A stretch of 64,000 nt of DNA from a virus, in the IMG/VR virus record IMGVR_UViG_3300032268_000973, positions 96,001 to 160,000 of that record, one strand, 5' to 3'. How positions within the stretch are numbered: position 1 is the first letter of the stretch; each line of letters begins with the position of its first letter. The notes below the pieces were generated by a model, which ran no database searches, had not been told where the DNA came from, and saw only the letters and a list, made by a program, of their open reading frames with translations. A program made the position numbers and the translations under genes. This document shows positions 6,890 through 15,202 of the stretch, one piece after another.

Positions 6890-9625
6890 ATGAAAGGAAC
6901 ATTATTTTCAGCCGATTTTGTAAAAGATTCTAATGGTAATTTAAGATTATTAGAGTTGAACACCGACACTGGATTCATAGACCAAGAGTTGGTGAATTTC
7001 AACTTCGATGAATTCTTAACAGTTTTATCATCAAATAATCTCACTACTTTAGATATTATTTACAAACCATACTTACATATTGATTTTGTGAATAAACTCA
7101 TTGAGGAGGTTAATACCAATCTCCCATCAGTAACAACGGTCAATCTACACGATGAGAATATCAACTCTATCTATCCAACATCCGTAATGGATAATGGAGA
7201 TAACTTTATACTAAGAATTGCCTACGATGAGTCTGCAATTTTTGATAGTACTTATTGTAAAAATAGACTAAATGTCTATAATCTTTTCACCGAAAATTCA
7301 ATTACTGATAATTGTGTTGCCTATTATCATTCCTCCGCTTTAGGAACATTCAACACTCTGGACAAAGAAATAAATGATAGTAATATTCCAGATGTTACAA
7401 TGAAAGACATTAACGAGTCTTTTAATCCGATTGATTTTTTCAAACTTGGTGGAAGTGGAACCCCCGAAGAGAAATGGGATAATTTTATTGCAGCAAATAG
7501 CAGTGATGATAAGTTGATAGAACAATATCATTTTCATTCGAGCGTTCCCGATTCTGATGGACACATGACTTCTATCAGGTATTTTGGTTTAGTATACGGA
7601 CCGAATTTGGATGTTATTACTCTACACACTTATAAAATTAGTGCTATATTCGAGTTGCCATCTACTATAGATTTTGATCCTGACACAAATAAGATTCAAG
7701 ATCAACATTACTATGAGTATACAACAAACTTTGTAAAAAGTGATTCTGGTGGAATTTTATCCAAACATGAAGTTCTAATGGACGATGATTCTTGGATAGA
7801 AATATCTCAGATACAAGTGGGTGAAACTATCAAGTCTTATTATGTTAGTGGATCTCCACAAAGCGAATCAGATTTAAACTCTCTGACATGGAATTATGAC
7901 GGAGGTCAATTTCCTATTGGATCATACATAACAACTTCTGATGTAATTTTCAAGGATGTTCAAACTATGAAGTATGGAGCTATGATGGAGATGGTTGTGG
8001 ATAGTGATTCGTTATTTTCGGGAATAAATAAAAAATATTTAGTTTTTGATAGTTTAACAAACAAAAGTAGTTTCAAGTTTATTTCAGAAATAAATGCAGT
8101 TACCGATTCACTTTACGACTTGGATGGAAACTTGATACAAGTTGATGAACTAAATTTTTATGTATCAACAGATAAAAATTTGACTTTTGTTGAAATAGAT
8201 GTTGAAGATACTGACACATATATAATAAATGGATCCACGGCTTTCCACAGTCTTGTATCTCACAACTCTCCTTGTTTTGTTGCAGGAACAAAGGTTATGA
8301 TGGAAGATGGGTCAACAAAAAATATTGAAGATGTTGTCGTTGGAGATATCGTCATGTCTTTTGATTTCAAAAATGACGAGGTAAGGGCTAGCAAGGTCAA
8401 TAATATTTTTTCAAAGAAGGTTAGTAAAATAGTAACCTACGAGTTTGATAATGGAGGTATTTTGAAGGCAACTTTAGATCACCCATTATTTGTGAATGGA
8501 AAAGGATGGTCCTCCTATGATAATGAGCTTTCAAATAGTTTATATAATATTGGAGAGGAGGTTCATAAAATAGAGGAAGGAGATTCGGTAAAATTATTGA
8601 ACAAAGATGTTAATTTGATTAAAATGACAATTTCTGATGAGGAAATAAAAGTCTTTAATTTATCAGACGTTGAGGTAAATCATAATTATTTCGCAAATGA
8701 TGTCTTAGTCCACAATAGAGCTTGTTTTGTTGAGGGGACTCTTATCGAGATGGGAGACGGATCTCAAAAACCAATCGAACAAATTGAAGTCGGTGACATC
8801 GTTGTATCATGGAATGTATTGGATAACACAAAGGAAAATCAAAAAGTTACTAATTTAATAAAACCAATTCATGATGATTTGGTTAAGTATACTTTTGATA
8901 ATGGTACGGAAATCGTTTGTACATTTGATCACCCATTCTTTGTTAATGGATTTAATTTATCTTCATACTCTCCATTACTCACGAATGAAAGATACAGCTT
9001 CAATGAAAAAGTGAGTGAAATAGAATTAGGGGATAGCGTTAATTTGATAAATGGAGAAAATAGTAGAATTGTTTCGATTGAAGAATTAGAAACCAAACCA
9101 ACCCAAACTTATATTTTTGAAGTCGAAAATAATCATAATTTCTACGCTAATGGTATTTTAACACATAATAAGGCATGTTTTGTAAATGGAACTAAAGTTT
9201 TGATGGGAGATGGTACCGAAAAAGGAATCGAAGAAATCGTGATTGGAGACACAGTAATTTCTTATAATGAAGATCTACATGTGTTGGAGGAAAAAAAGGT
9301 TGTTGACGTTAATTCACCAATTCATGATGATTTGGTCGAGTATGTTTTTTCTGATGGGAAAACTATAATTTCAACTTACGACCACCCATATTATATTGAA
9401 GGGTTAAAATTAGCATCATACAAACCTAGTTGGACAAACGAACGATACCAATTACCTGATGTTACCGAAATAAAAGTTGGGGATAAATTATATACCTCTA
9501 ATGGTAAAACTGTAGAAATATTATCAATAAGAGAACTTGAAAGAATAAACACTCAGACTCATATCATATCTGTCGATGGAAATCGGAATTTTTATGCAAA
9601 TGGGATTTTAGTACATAACAAATAA
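6890..9625 (+). CDS. ATP-grasp-like N-terminal region plus four tandem Hint (intein-like) domains
   Basis: N-terminal SADFVKD..G.LRLLELNTDTG; three units of CFVxGT...TxDHP...NxFyANxxLxHN, and one degenerate unit ending LVSHN. Confidence 0.85.
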   Translation: MKGTLFSADFVKDSNGNLRLLELNTDTGFIDQELVNFNFDEFLTVLSSNNLTTLDIIYKPYLHIDFVNKLIEEVNTNLPSVTTVNLHDENINSIYPTSVMDNGDNFILRIAYDESAIFDSTYCKNRLNVYNLFTENSITDNCVAYYHSSALGTFNTLDKEINDSNIPDVTMKDINESFNPIDFFKLGGSGTPEEKWDNFIAANSSDDKLIEQYHFHSSVPDSDGHMTSIRYFGLVYGPNLDVITLHTYKISAIFELPSTIDFDPDTNKIQDQHYYEYTTNFVKSDSGGILSKHEVLMDDDSWIEISQIQVGETIKSYYVSGSPQSESDLNSLTWNYDGGQFPIGSYITTSDVIFKDVQTMKYGAMMEMVVDSDSLFSGINKKYLVFDSLTNKSSFKFISEINAVTDSLYDLDGNLIQVDELNFYVSTDKNLTFVEIDVEDTDTYIINGSTAFHSLVSHNSPCFVAGTKVMMEDGSTKNIEDVVVGDIVMSFDFKNDEVRASKVNNIFSKKVSKIVTYEFDNGGILKATLDHPLFVNGKGWSSYDNELSNSLYNIGEEVHKIEEGDSVKLLNKDVNLIKMTISDEEIKVFNLSDVEVNHNYFANDVLVHNRACFVEGTLIEMGDGSQKPIEQIEVGDIVVSWNVLDNTKENQKVTNLIKPIHDDLVKYTFDNGTEIVCTFDHPFFVNGFNLSSYSPLLTNERYSFNEKVSEIELGDSVNLINGENSRIVSIEELETKPTQTYIFEVENNHNFYANGILTHNKACFVNGTKVLMGDGTEKGIEEIVIGDTVISYNEDLHVLEEKKVVDVNSPIHDDLVEYVFSDGKTIISTYDHPYYIEGLKLASYKPSWTNERYQLPDVTEIKVGDKLYTSNGKTVEILSIRELERINTQTHIISVDGNRNFYANGILVHNK
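7751..8266 (+). other. Hint domain 0 (degenerate: Gly at position 1, no TxxH, intact HN followed by Ser)
   Basis: GILSKHEVLMDDDSWIEISQIQVGE aligns column-for-column with CFVAGTKVMMEDGSTKNIEDVVVGD; ends VEIDVEDTDTYIING...LVSHN. Confidence 0.65.
8273..8716 (+). other. Hint domain 1 (148 aa, no endonuclease)
   Basis: CFVAGT...ATLDHPLF...NHNYFANDVLVHN; +1 residue Arg. Confidence 0.9.
8723..9169 (+). other. Hint domain 2 (149 aa)
   Basis: CFVEGT...CTFDHPFF...NHNFYANGILTHN; +1 residue Lys. Confidence 0.9.
9176..9619 (+). other. Hint domain 3 (148 aa)
   Basis: CFVNGT...STYDHPYY...NRNFYANGILVHN; +1 Lys, then stop. Confidence 0.9.
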
Positions 9626-9633
9626 TATAAAAA

Positions 9634-9786
9634 ATGGACGTTTCAAAACACCCTCAACTTTACAAAAAAAAACCGCTCAGCGAAGTAAAAAATAGAACAA
9701 CATCTCAGTTATCTACAACCGAAAAACAACGAATCGATAGTGTGATTGGTAAATTTTTTGAGTTGTTCGTGAACAAACATCTGTAA
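9634..9786 (+). CDS. Small hypothetical protein, 50 aa (MDVSKHPQLY...FVNKHL)
   Basis: Fills the gap between the Hint and SET genes; TAATG stop/start overlap with the SET gene. Confidence 0.55.
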   Translation: MDVSKHPQLYKKKPLSEVKNRTTSQLSTTEKQRIDSVIGKFFELFVNKHL

Positions 9787-10223
9787 TGGATCCATACGAT
9801 TACATAAAAGATTGTGTTTTTGTAAAACTTAAGCCAAGTAAAATTTCAGGAATAGGAGTCTTTGCAATCAAAGATATTCCTAAGGATACAATCTTGTTTC
9901 AAACTTGGGAGGGTGAGACTGGATTTTACCCAATTAGTCAAAACCAATTGAACGAATTGGATGATGAAGTACGTCGACATATTCAAGATTTATTCATATA
10001 TTCTTCAGATTTCCCAAAAGATACTAACATTTATGTAAAATTAACAAATGGTTGTCATTGGGTTTATACTAATCCGTACCTATTCATTAACAGTGGATAT
10101 TATGAAAATAAATCAAACGTTGATAAAGATGGTATGAACTCTTTGAGATTTATAAAAAAAGGGGAAGAGTTACTTAGTAACTACCCAAGATATGAAAAAA
10201 TGATTAAGAAAATTTTAATATAA
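9786..10223 (+). CDS. SET-domain protein (divergent)
   Basis: LKPSKISGIGVFAIKDIPK, FINS...N, IKKGEELLSNY. Confidence 0.8.
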   Translation: MDPYDYIKDCVFVKLKPSKISGIGVFAIKDIPKDTILFQTWEGETGFYPISQNQLNELDDEVRRHIQDLFIYSSDFPKDTNIYVKLTNGCHWVYTNPYLFINSGYYENKSNVDKDGMNSLRFIKKGEELLSNYPRYEKMIKKILI

Positions 10224-10811
10224 ATGGAAATAATTAAACTTTCAAACCAAGAAATTGTTTACAAAAGTCGATACAGTGGAGTTTATAATAAAAATGATTT
10301 TTTATTAAGGTTTGAACAGAATAAAAAAATTTCAACTATTCCTGAAGACAATTCTATATGGATAGAATTTGAATGTGATGAATTCAACTCAATTGATTCT
10401 TTTATCATGAATTTGATTGAAAAAGAAATTGCGAAAGAAAGTTTCAACTATTACGCTAAACATAGTTGGGTTTATACTCAAAAAAAAGGGTTTGATATGA
10501 CTTACATGCATCAACATTTGATACTACATTCAAGCACCAACCGATCACTCATCAAGTCTGATTATACATTTACGTTTTATGTTCAACAACCTAAAAATTT
10601 GATTGGTGATGAAGGGAAAATAATATTTCAAACAAAAGATGGTGTATTACATAAATTTTTACCAGAAGAAATGGATATTTTTATATTTCCTGCTAATATG
10701 CTTCATACCGCAGTACCAACGCCACTTCATGATGAATTTAGGGTGGTTTATGCTGGAAACTTTGCGTATAATTTTTTTGATAAAAAAACTAACAATTTGA
10801 ATCTAATTTGA
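10224..10811 (+). CDS. 2OG-Fe(II) oxygenase-like cupin
   Basis: MHQH, FTFYV..P, GKIIF, IFIFPANMLH, RVVYAGN. Confidence 0.7.
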   Translation: MEIIKLSNQEIVYKSRYSGVYNKNDFLLRFEQNKKISTIPEDNSIWIEFECDEFNSIDSFIMNLIEKEIAKESFNYYAKHSWVYTQKKGFDMTYMHQHLILHSSTNRSLIKSDYTFTFYVQQPKNLIGDEGKIIFQTKDGVLHKFLPEEMDIFIFPANMLHTAVPTPLHDEFRVVYAGNFAYNFFDKKTNNLNLI

Positions 10812-10891
10812 ATTAAAAATGATTATACTTCATCGGGGTAGATGATATTTTTAATATTTCATTTTGGAAAAATAAATTCAATTAAAGTTAT

Positions 10892-11341
10892 ATGATAAAA
10901 TACATAAATTCATTTTTGGATGATTGGGAAGTAAATTACTTTATCGACTTATTAACTAACTCTGAAATATCGTATCATGAAGATGATGTTTATAAGTTTT
11001 ATTTTTTGAATTTAATCAATTTAGAACTAAAGACAAAAAAATTCGAAAGCTTTGTCTTCAACAAATTTCGGATACAGATGACAAATGAAACTATTGATCA
11101 AATTGAGGCTTCTCATGGGCATTCAAATCCGTGGTCATTTGTAATTTTTTTAAATGAAAACTTCTTGGGAGGAGAAATTGTTTTTGGCAATAGACTATTT
11201 CTTCCAAAGAAAGGTGATATGATTTATTTTTCGGGAAATGAGAAACACTCCGTAAAAAATTGTGTTGGAAATAGATATACCTTAGTTGGGTTTATGTCAA
11301 ATAATCCTCTGAATATAGAAGATAGTAAATCAATTATTTAA
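10892..11341 (+). CDS. 2OG-Fe(II) oxygenase (P4H-like)
   Basis: SHGH, IFLNENFLGGEIVF, PKKGDMIYF, HSV, RYTL. Confidence 0.75.
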   Translation: MIKYINSFLDDWEVNYFIDLLTNSEISYHEDDVYKFYFLNLINLELKTKKFESFVFNKFRIQMTNETIDQIEASHGHSNPWSFVIFLNENFLGGEIVFGNRLFLPKKGDMIYFSGNEKHSVKNCVGNRYTLVGFMSNNPLNIEDSKSII

Positions 11342-12391
11342 ATGATCGATAAATCAAAATATTTGTGCACTACACCATTTTATTTCACTGAAGTGCAAGA
11401 CACAAAACAATTTCTGTGTTGTCCATCTTGGTTAAAAGAAAACATTGATGATGGAAATGGAATTGTATCTAGTTTCAACTCAGAAAGGGCAAAAGAAATA
11501 AGGGAAAGTATAATTGATGGAAGTTATAGATATTGCGAGGAGAATGAGTGTCCGTATCTATCAAGGTTGAAAAGTAATCGATTGCCTACAAGGTTTATAC
11601 CAAACACCCAAAAAAATGTTGAAATATTGAGACAGAACAAACATCCAAAAACTGTAAATTTTACATTTGATAGGAGTTGTAATTTTGTTTGTCCATCTTG
11701 TCGTCTCGAACTTATCAATTACAAAGGGAATCAAAGAGTTTCGGTTGAAAAAAAATTAGAAGAAATAAATGACGAGATTTCTGAATTTGTTGAACGTTTA
11801 GTAGTCACAGGAAGTGCAGATCCATTTTTCTCAAACTCATTTAGAAAGTTTTTGATCAATCTTGATACTAAAAAATTCAAAAACTTGAAAGGTATACATT
11901 TACATACCAATGCGTCTCTATGGACACCAGAAATGTGGGAAAAGATGAAAAATATTCATGTATACGTAGAAAGTTGTGAAATATCTATAGATGCATCAAC
12001 TAAAGAGACATATGAACAAAAAACAAGAATCGGAGGTAACTGGGATATTTTACATGAAAATTTGAAATTTATAACAAAAATACCAGATATAAAGTTTTAT
12101 ATCTTCTCTTTTGTTGTACAAGATACAAATTATAAAGAAATGTATGATTTCTATAAAATGATAGAGAGTTATATGAAAGAAAGGAATGATGATGCAAAAT
12201 GGGAAGTAAGAACTAATGTGATTGTAAATTGGGGAACATATTCTGAAGAACAATTTAAAGTTAAAGATGTTTCCAATCCCGCTCATCCCGATTATAATTT
12301 ATTTATAGGTGAATTATATAAGATTAAAGATTTTCCAAATATCGTACATAACTTCCATCATTTATATGAGACCAAATCTCCCTTGATATGA
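11342..12391 (+). CDS. Radical SAM protein with N-terminal SPASM/twitch-like Cys cluster
   Basis: CNFVCPSC (CxxxCxxC), GSADPF, TNAS, ISIDA; N-terminal CTTPF...CC...C...CP. Confidence 0.9.
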   Translation: MIDKSKYLCTTPFYFTEVQDTKQFLCCPSWLKENIDDGNGIVSSFNSERAKEIRESIIDGSYRYCEENECPYLSRLKSNRLPTRFIPNTQKNVEILRQNKHPKTVNFTFDRSCNFVCPSCRLELINYKGNQRVSVEKKLEEINDEISEFVERLVVTGSADPFFSNSFRKFLINLDTKKFKNLKGIHLHTNASLWTPEMWEKMKNIHVYVESCEISIDASTKETYEQKTRIGGNWDILHENLKFITKIPDIKFYIFSFVVQDTNYKEMYDFYKMIESYMKERNDDAKWEVRTNVIVNWGTYSEEQFKVKDVSNPAHPDYNLFIGELYKIKDFPNIVHNFHHLYETKSPLI

Positions 12392-13218
12392 AAAAGAAAA
12401 TTTTGATAACTATGGGGTGTTCCTTGACCGAAGGTCTTGGTTGTTACGATTTGAATAAAATTAGACCCGAAGAAATTGTGGAATCAAATAAGAGGAAATA
12501 TCCTCTTTTGAATGATGAGGAATACTTGTATCAGAGAAATCTATTTCATAATAATGGATGGCCAATTATTTTGGCGAAAAAATTAGGGTTTGATAAACTA
12601 ATAAATTTAGGTCTTGCGGCATCTTCACAATCAGGGAATGTCAAACAATTTGTAGAAAAATATTTAGATAAAAACTTTTTTGATTGTGAAGTTTTCATAA
12701 TTTGGATGATTTCTATACCAGAAAGATTTTCATTCTATAATAACCACAAAGTACAGACCTACTTACCAACTACGGAAAAAGGAAATAGGGTTGATTTAGA
12801 AAAATCGTGGTTAAAAGAAATCAAAGATATCCCTTACGATTCAAGCTATGAAACTATTTTTTATATAAGGATAATGGAACAAATTTGCCAAAACAAAAAC
12901 TATTCACTTCTAATCACGTCATGGGTACACAACCTAATGGTTAAACTAAATAAAATTTATCAATCGGAGAACTACATAAACCCAATAAATTTTCAACCTT
13001 GGGAAATCACTAACATAAAAAAATTCACGTTGGATCATTATTCTAAAATGGGATGTGGGCATCCCAATGAGGAAGGGTACAAGTTAATTGCTGAAAATTT
13101 GTATGATGTAATCGTTAAGAATCATAGAGAATTTTTACAAGGACCATATCAAGAAAATATTGAGATGGTTTACGATGGAGATGTTTTAGATTGGAAAAAA
13201 AAACAAACAATAATTTGA
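12388..13218 (+). CDS. SGNH/GDSL hydrolase-like protein
   Basis: GCSLTEG (block I), INLG...S..GN, GHPNEEGY (block V). Confidence 0.75.
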   Translation: MKKKILITMGCSLTEGLGCYDLNKIRPEEIVESNKRKYPLLNDEEYLYQRNLFHNNGWPIILAKKLGFDKLINLGLAASSQSGNVKQFVEKYLDKNFFDCEVFIIWMISIPERFSFYNNHKVQTYLPTTEKGNRVDLEKSWLKEIKDIPYDSSYETIFYIRIMEQICQNKNYSLLITSWVHNLMVKLNKIYQSENYINPINFQPWEITNIKKFTLDHYSKMGCGHPNEEGYKLIAENLYDVIVKNHREFLQGPYQENIEMVYDGDVLDWKKKQTII

Positions 13219-13224
13219 TAAACT

Positions 13225-14049
13225 ATGAAAAAAAAATTATTGATAACTTTAGGTTGTTCTTTTACTGAAGGAGTGGGATGTTATGATCCTGATACAATAC
13301 CTATTGACATGGTTGATAGAATGAAACATGAAAAAATAGAAGAGGTCTATATTTCGAATAAATCGAGATTTCATAACTATTCTTGGCCATCTCAGTTACA
13401 AAAAAAACTTAAATACGATAAATTGATAAATCTAGGATTAGGGGGGTCATCAACATCGGGTAATCTGAAAGTATGGTTCGAAAAATATTATGACAAAAAT
13501 TTTTCGGATGACTATGATGTTTTGATAATTTGGATGTTACCTGAGCCAACTAGATTTTCCTTTTATCGAGAGCGTAAAATAATGAACATCAACCCATCAA
13601 TGGCTAAGAATGTTTATAACATCTACAGTTATGACCTTGGGATTGAATATATCAATTTTTTGGAAAATTTAGATTTAGATCCAATCTTAGAACAAATTTT
13701 CTATTTAAAAATTTTTGAAGATCACCTAAAAAACCAAAAATATAATTTCCTTTATGTTCCTTTGAATCATACTCAAAATTGGTATTTTGATAAGCTTTAT
13801 AAAGCTGATAGTATGATAAATTTGAAAGAGAGTGTTCTCCCTAATTTTGTTATAAATCCTGATATGAAATCTTTAATTTGTAATCATCCAAACGAAAAAG
13901 GATATGAACAAGTTTCGGAAAAAATATTTGAATGGATTAAAAAATACAAACAAAATTTGATATCTGAAAATAATCCAACAGTATATGAATCAGTTTGGGA
14001 TGGATATCCAATTTTAGATCATTTAGAGGGGTATAGAACACTGATATAA
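13225..14049 (+). CDS. SGNH/GDSL hydrolase-like protein (tandem paralogue)
   Basis: GCSFTEG, INLGLGGSS, HPNEKGY; colinear with the preceding gene. Confidence 0.75.
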   Translation: MKKKLLITLGCSFTEGVGCYDPDTIPIDMVDRMKHEKIEEVYISNKSRFHNYSWPSQLQKKLKYDKLINLGLGGSSTSGNLKVWFEKYYDKNFSDDYDVLIIWMLPEPTRFSFYRERKIMNINPSMAKNVYNIYSYDLGIEYINFLENLDLDPILEQIFYLKIFEDHLKNQKYNFLYVPLNHTQNWYFDKLYKADSMINLKESVLPNFVINPDMKSLICNHPNEKGYEQVSEKIFEWIKKYKQNLISENNPTVYESVWDGYPILDHLEGYRTLI

Positions 14050-14544
14050 TCAGATTTTTTTTTCTTCAAACCCTAATTTACTCCAAAAATTTATTGCTCG
14101 AGTATTGAAAAATTCAGTATAAAGTGAAATTTTAACAAAACCTGAATTAAATCTATCCAACATAGTATGTTCTATGAACCATTTGGATTCTCCAGTTTCA
14201 CGTTCTTTGGACACAAATGCATTATACAGATACCCTTCTGAATACCAAACGTGTCCTATAACCGAATTGAATTTAAGCAATACAAAAAGGGTATTATTAT
14301 TAAGAAATCTTTTCTGAGCGATATCTAAATCCCACATTTTATCCCAGTAAATTTCGGAATTGAACTTATCTATAGAATTTTTTATTTGTTCGGAGAAGGA
14401 TTCAAAATTTTGTTTTTCTATTTTTAAAATTTTTAAGTTTGAAGATTCTATTTTCGTAAAATCGAACTCAAATTCTTTTTCAAATTCATACCAAATTATT
14501 CCATCCATAGGTATATTATGTGACTGATCAATTCCTATTATCAA
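14050..14544 (-). CDS. GNAT-family acetyltransferase
   Basis: IGHVW, NAFVSKERETGES, NTRAINFWSKLGF. Confidence 0.75.
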   Translation of the reverse strand: MIIGIDQSHNIPMDGIIWYEFEKEFEFDFTKIESSNLKILKIEKQNFESFSEQIKNSIDKFNSEIYWDKMWDLDIAQKRFLNNNTLFVLLKFNSVIGHVWYSEGYLYNAFVSKERETGESKWFIEHTMLDRFNSGFVKISLYTEFFNTRAINFWSKLGFEEKKI

Positions 14545-15202
14545 TATAAATCATAATTTCATTATAGTATGGAATAAAATTATCATTCCAAATTTGACTA
14601 GTAATATCAATTCCATCGAATGAGATAATTTTAAAATTAGGGAAAACTCGTAAATATAAATCCCTGAAAACAGTGAATTTGGATTTCATCCAAGGTTCAC
14701 CTAAATGCCATTCTCCAACTATTTTTCTCACATTATTTTTTATCCAAAACAAATTTTCAACAGTGAATATGTCGTATTCACCTGTTTCACAATCAGTTTT
14801 TAAAAAATCAATTTTTTGTATATTATAATCTTCAATAACTTTTTGGAAAGTTGTTGAATACAAAACATCATTGTTTGAATTTTCGAATACAAATTTAAAA
14901 TCAAATTTACCTATTTTATCAGATATCCCTTTGTTTATGTGTGTAACGTTTCCATGTCTTGTATTCATTGCAAGTGTTTTGAATTCTTCAAAACTTGGTT
15001 CGAAACAAAACACGTGTTTTGGGTTACGATCTAAAATCGAAAATGTAAATGGACCCAAACTAGCCCCGATATCAAAAACGATATCACCTTCCTCGACTTC
15101 GAAAAATCTTTCGTAGATTTTATCTTGAAAAATTTCTTTAGTCACAGTTTCTTGGAATCCATTATAACACTTAGGTTCCCATATAAAATTTTCTAAATTC
15201 AT
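14528..15202 (-). CDS. FkbM-family methyltransferase
   Basis: VFDIGASLG, CFEP, IDFLKTDCETGE. Start moved to the ATG at 15202 (ATGA overlap). Confidence 0.9.
   Translation of the reverse strand: MNLENFIWEPKCYNGFQETVTKEIFQDKIYERFFEVEEGDIVFDIGASLGPFTFSILDRNPKHVFCFEPSFEEFKTLAMNTRHGNVTHINKGISDKIGKFDFKFVFENSNNDVLYSTTFQKVIEDYNIQKIDFLKTDCETGEYDIFTVENLFWIKNNVRKIVGEWHLGEPWMKSKFTVFRDLYLRVFPNFKIISFDGIDITSQIWNDNFIPYYNEIMIYIDNRN

Noticed and set aside
8273-9619. Classical selfish inteins with homing endonucleases
   Set aside because: Units are ~148 aa with no LAGLIDADG/HNH insert, lack Cys/Ser/Thr at +1, and interrupt no conserved host protein.
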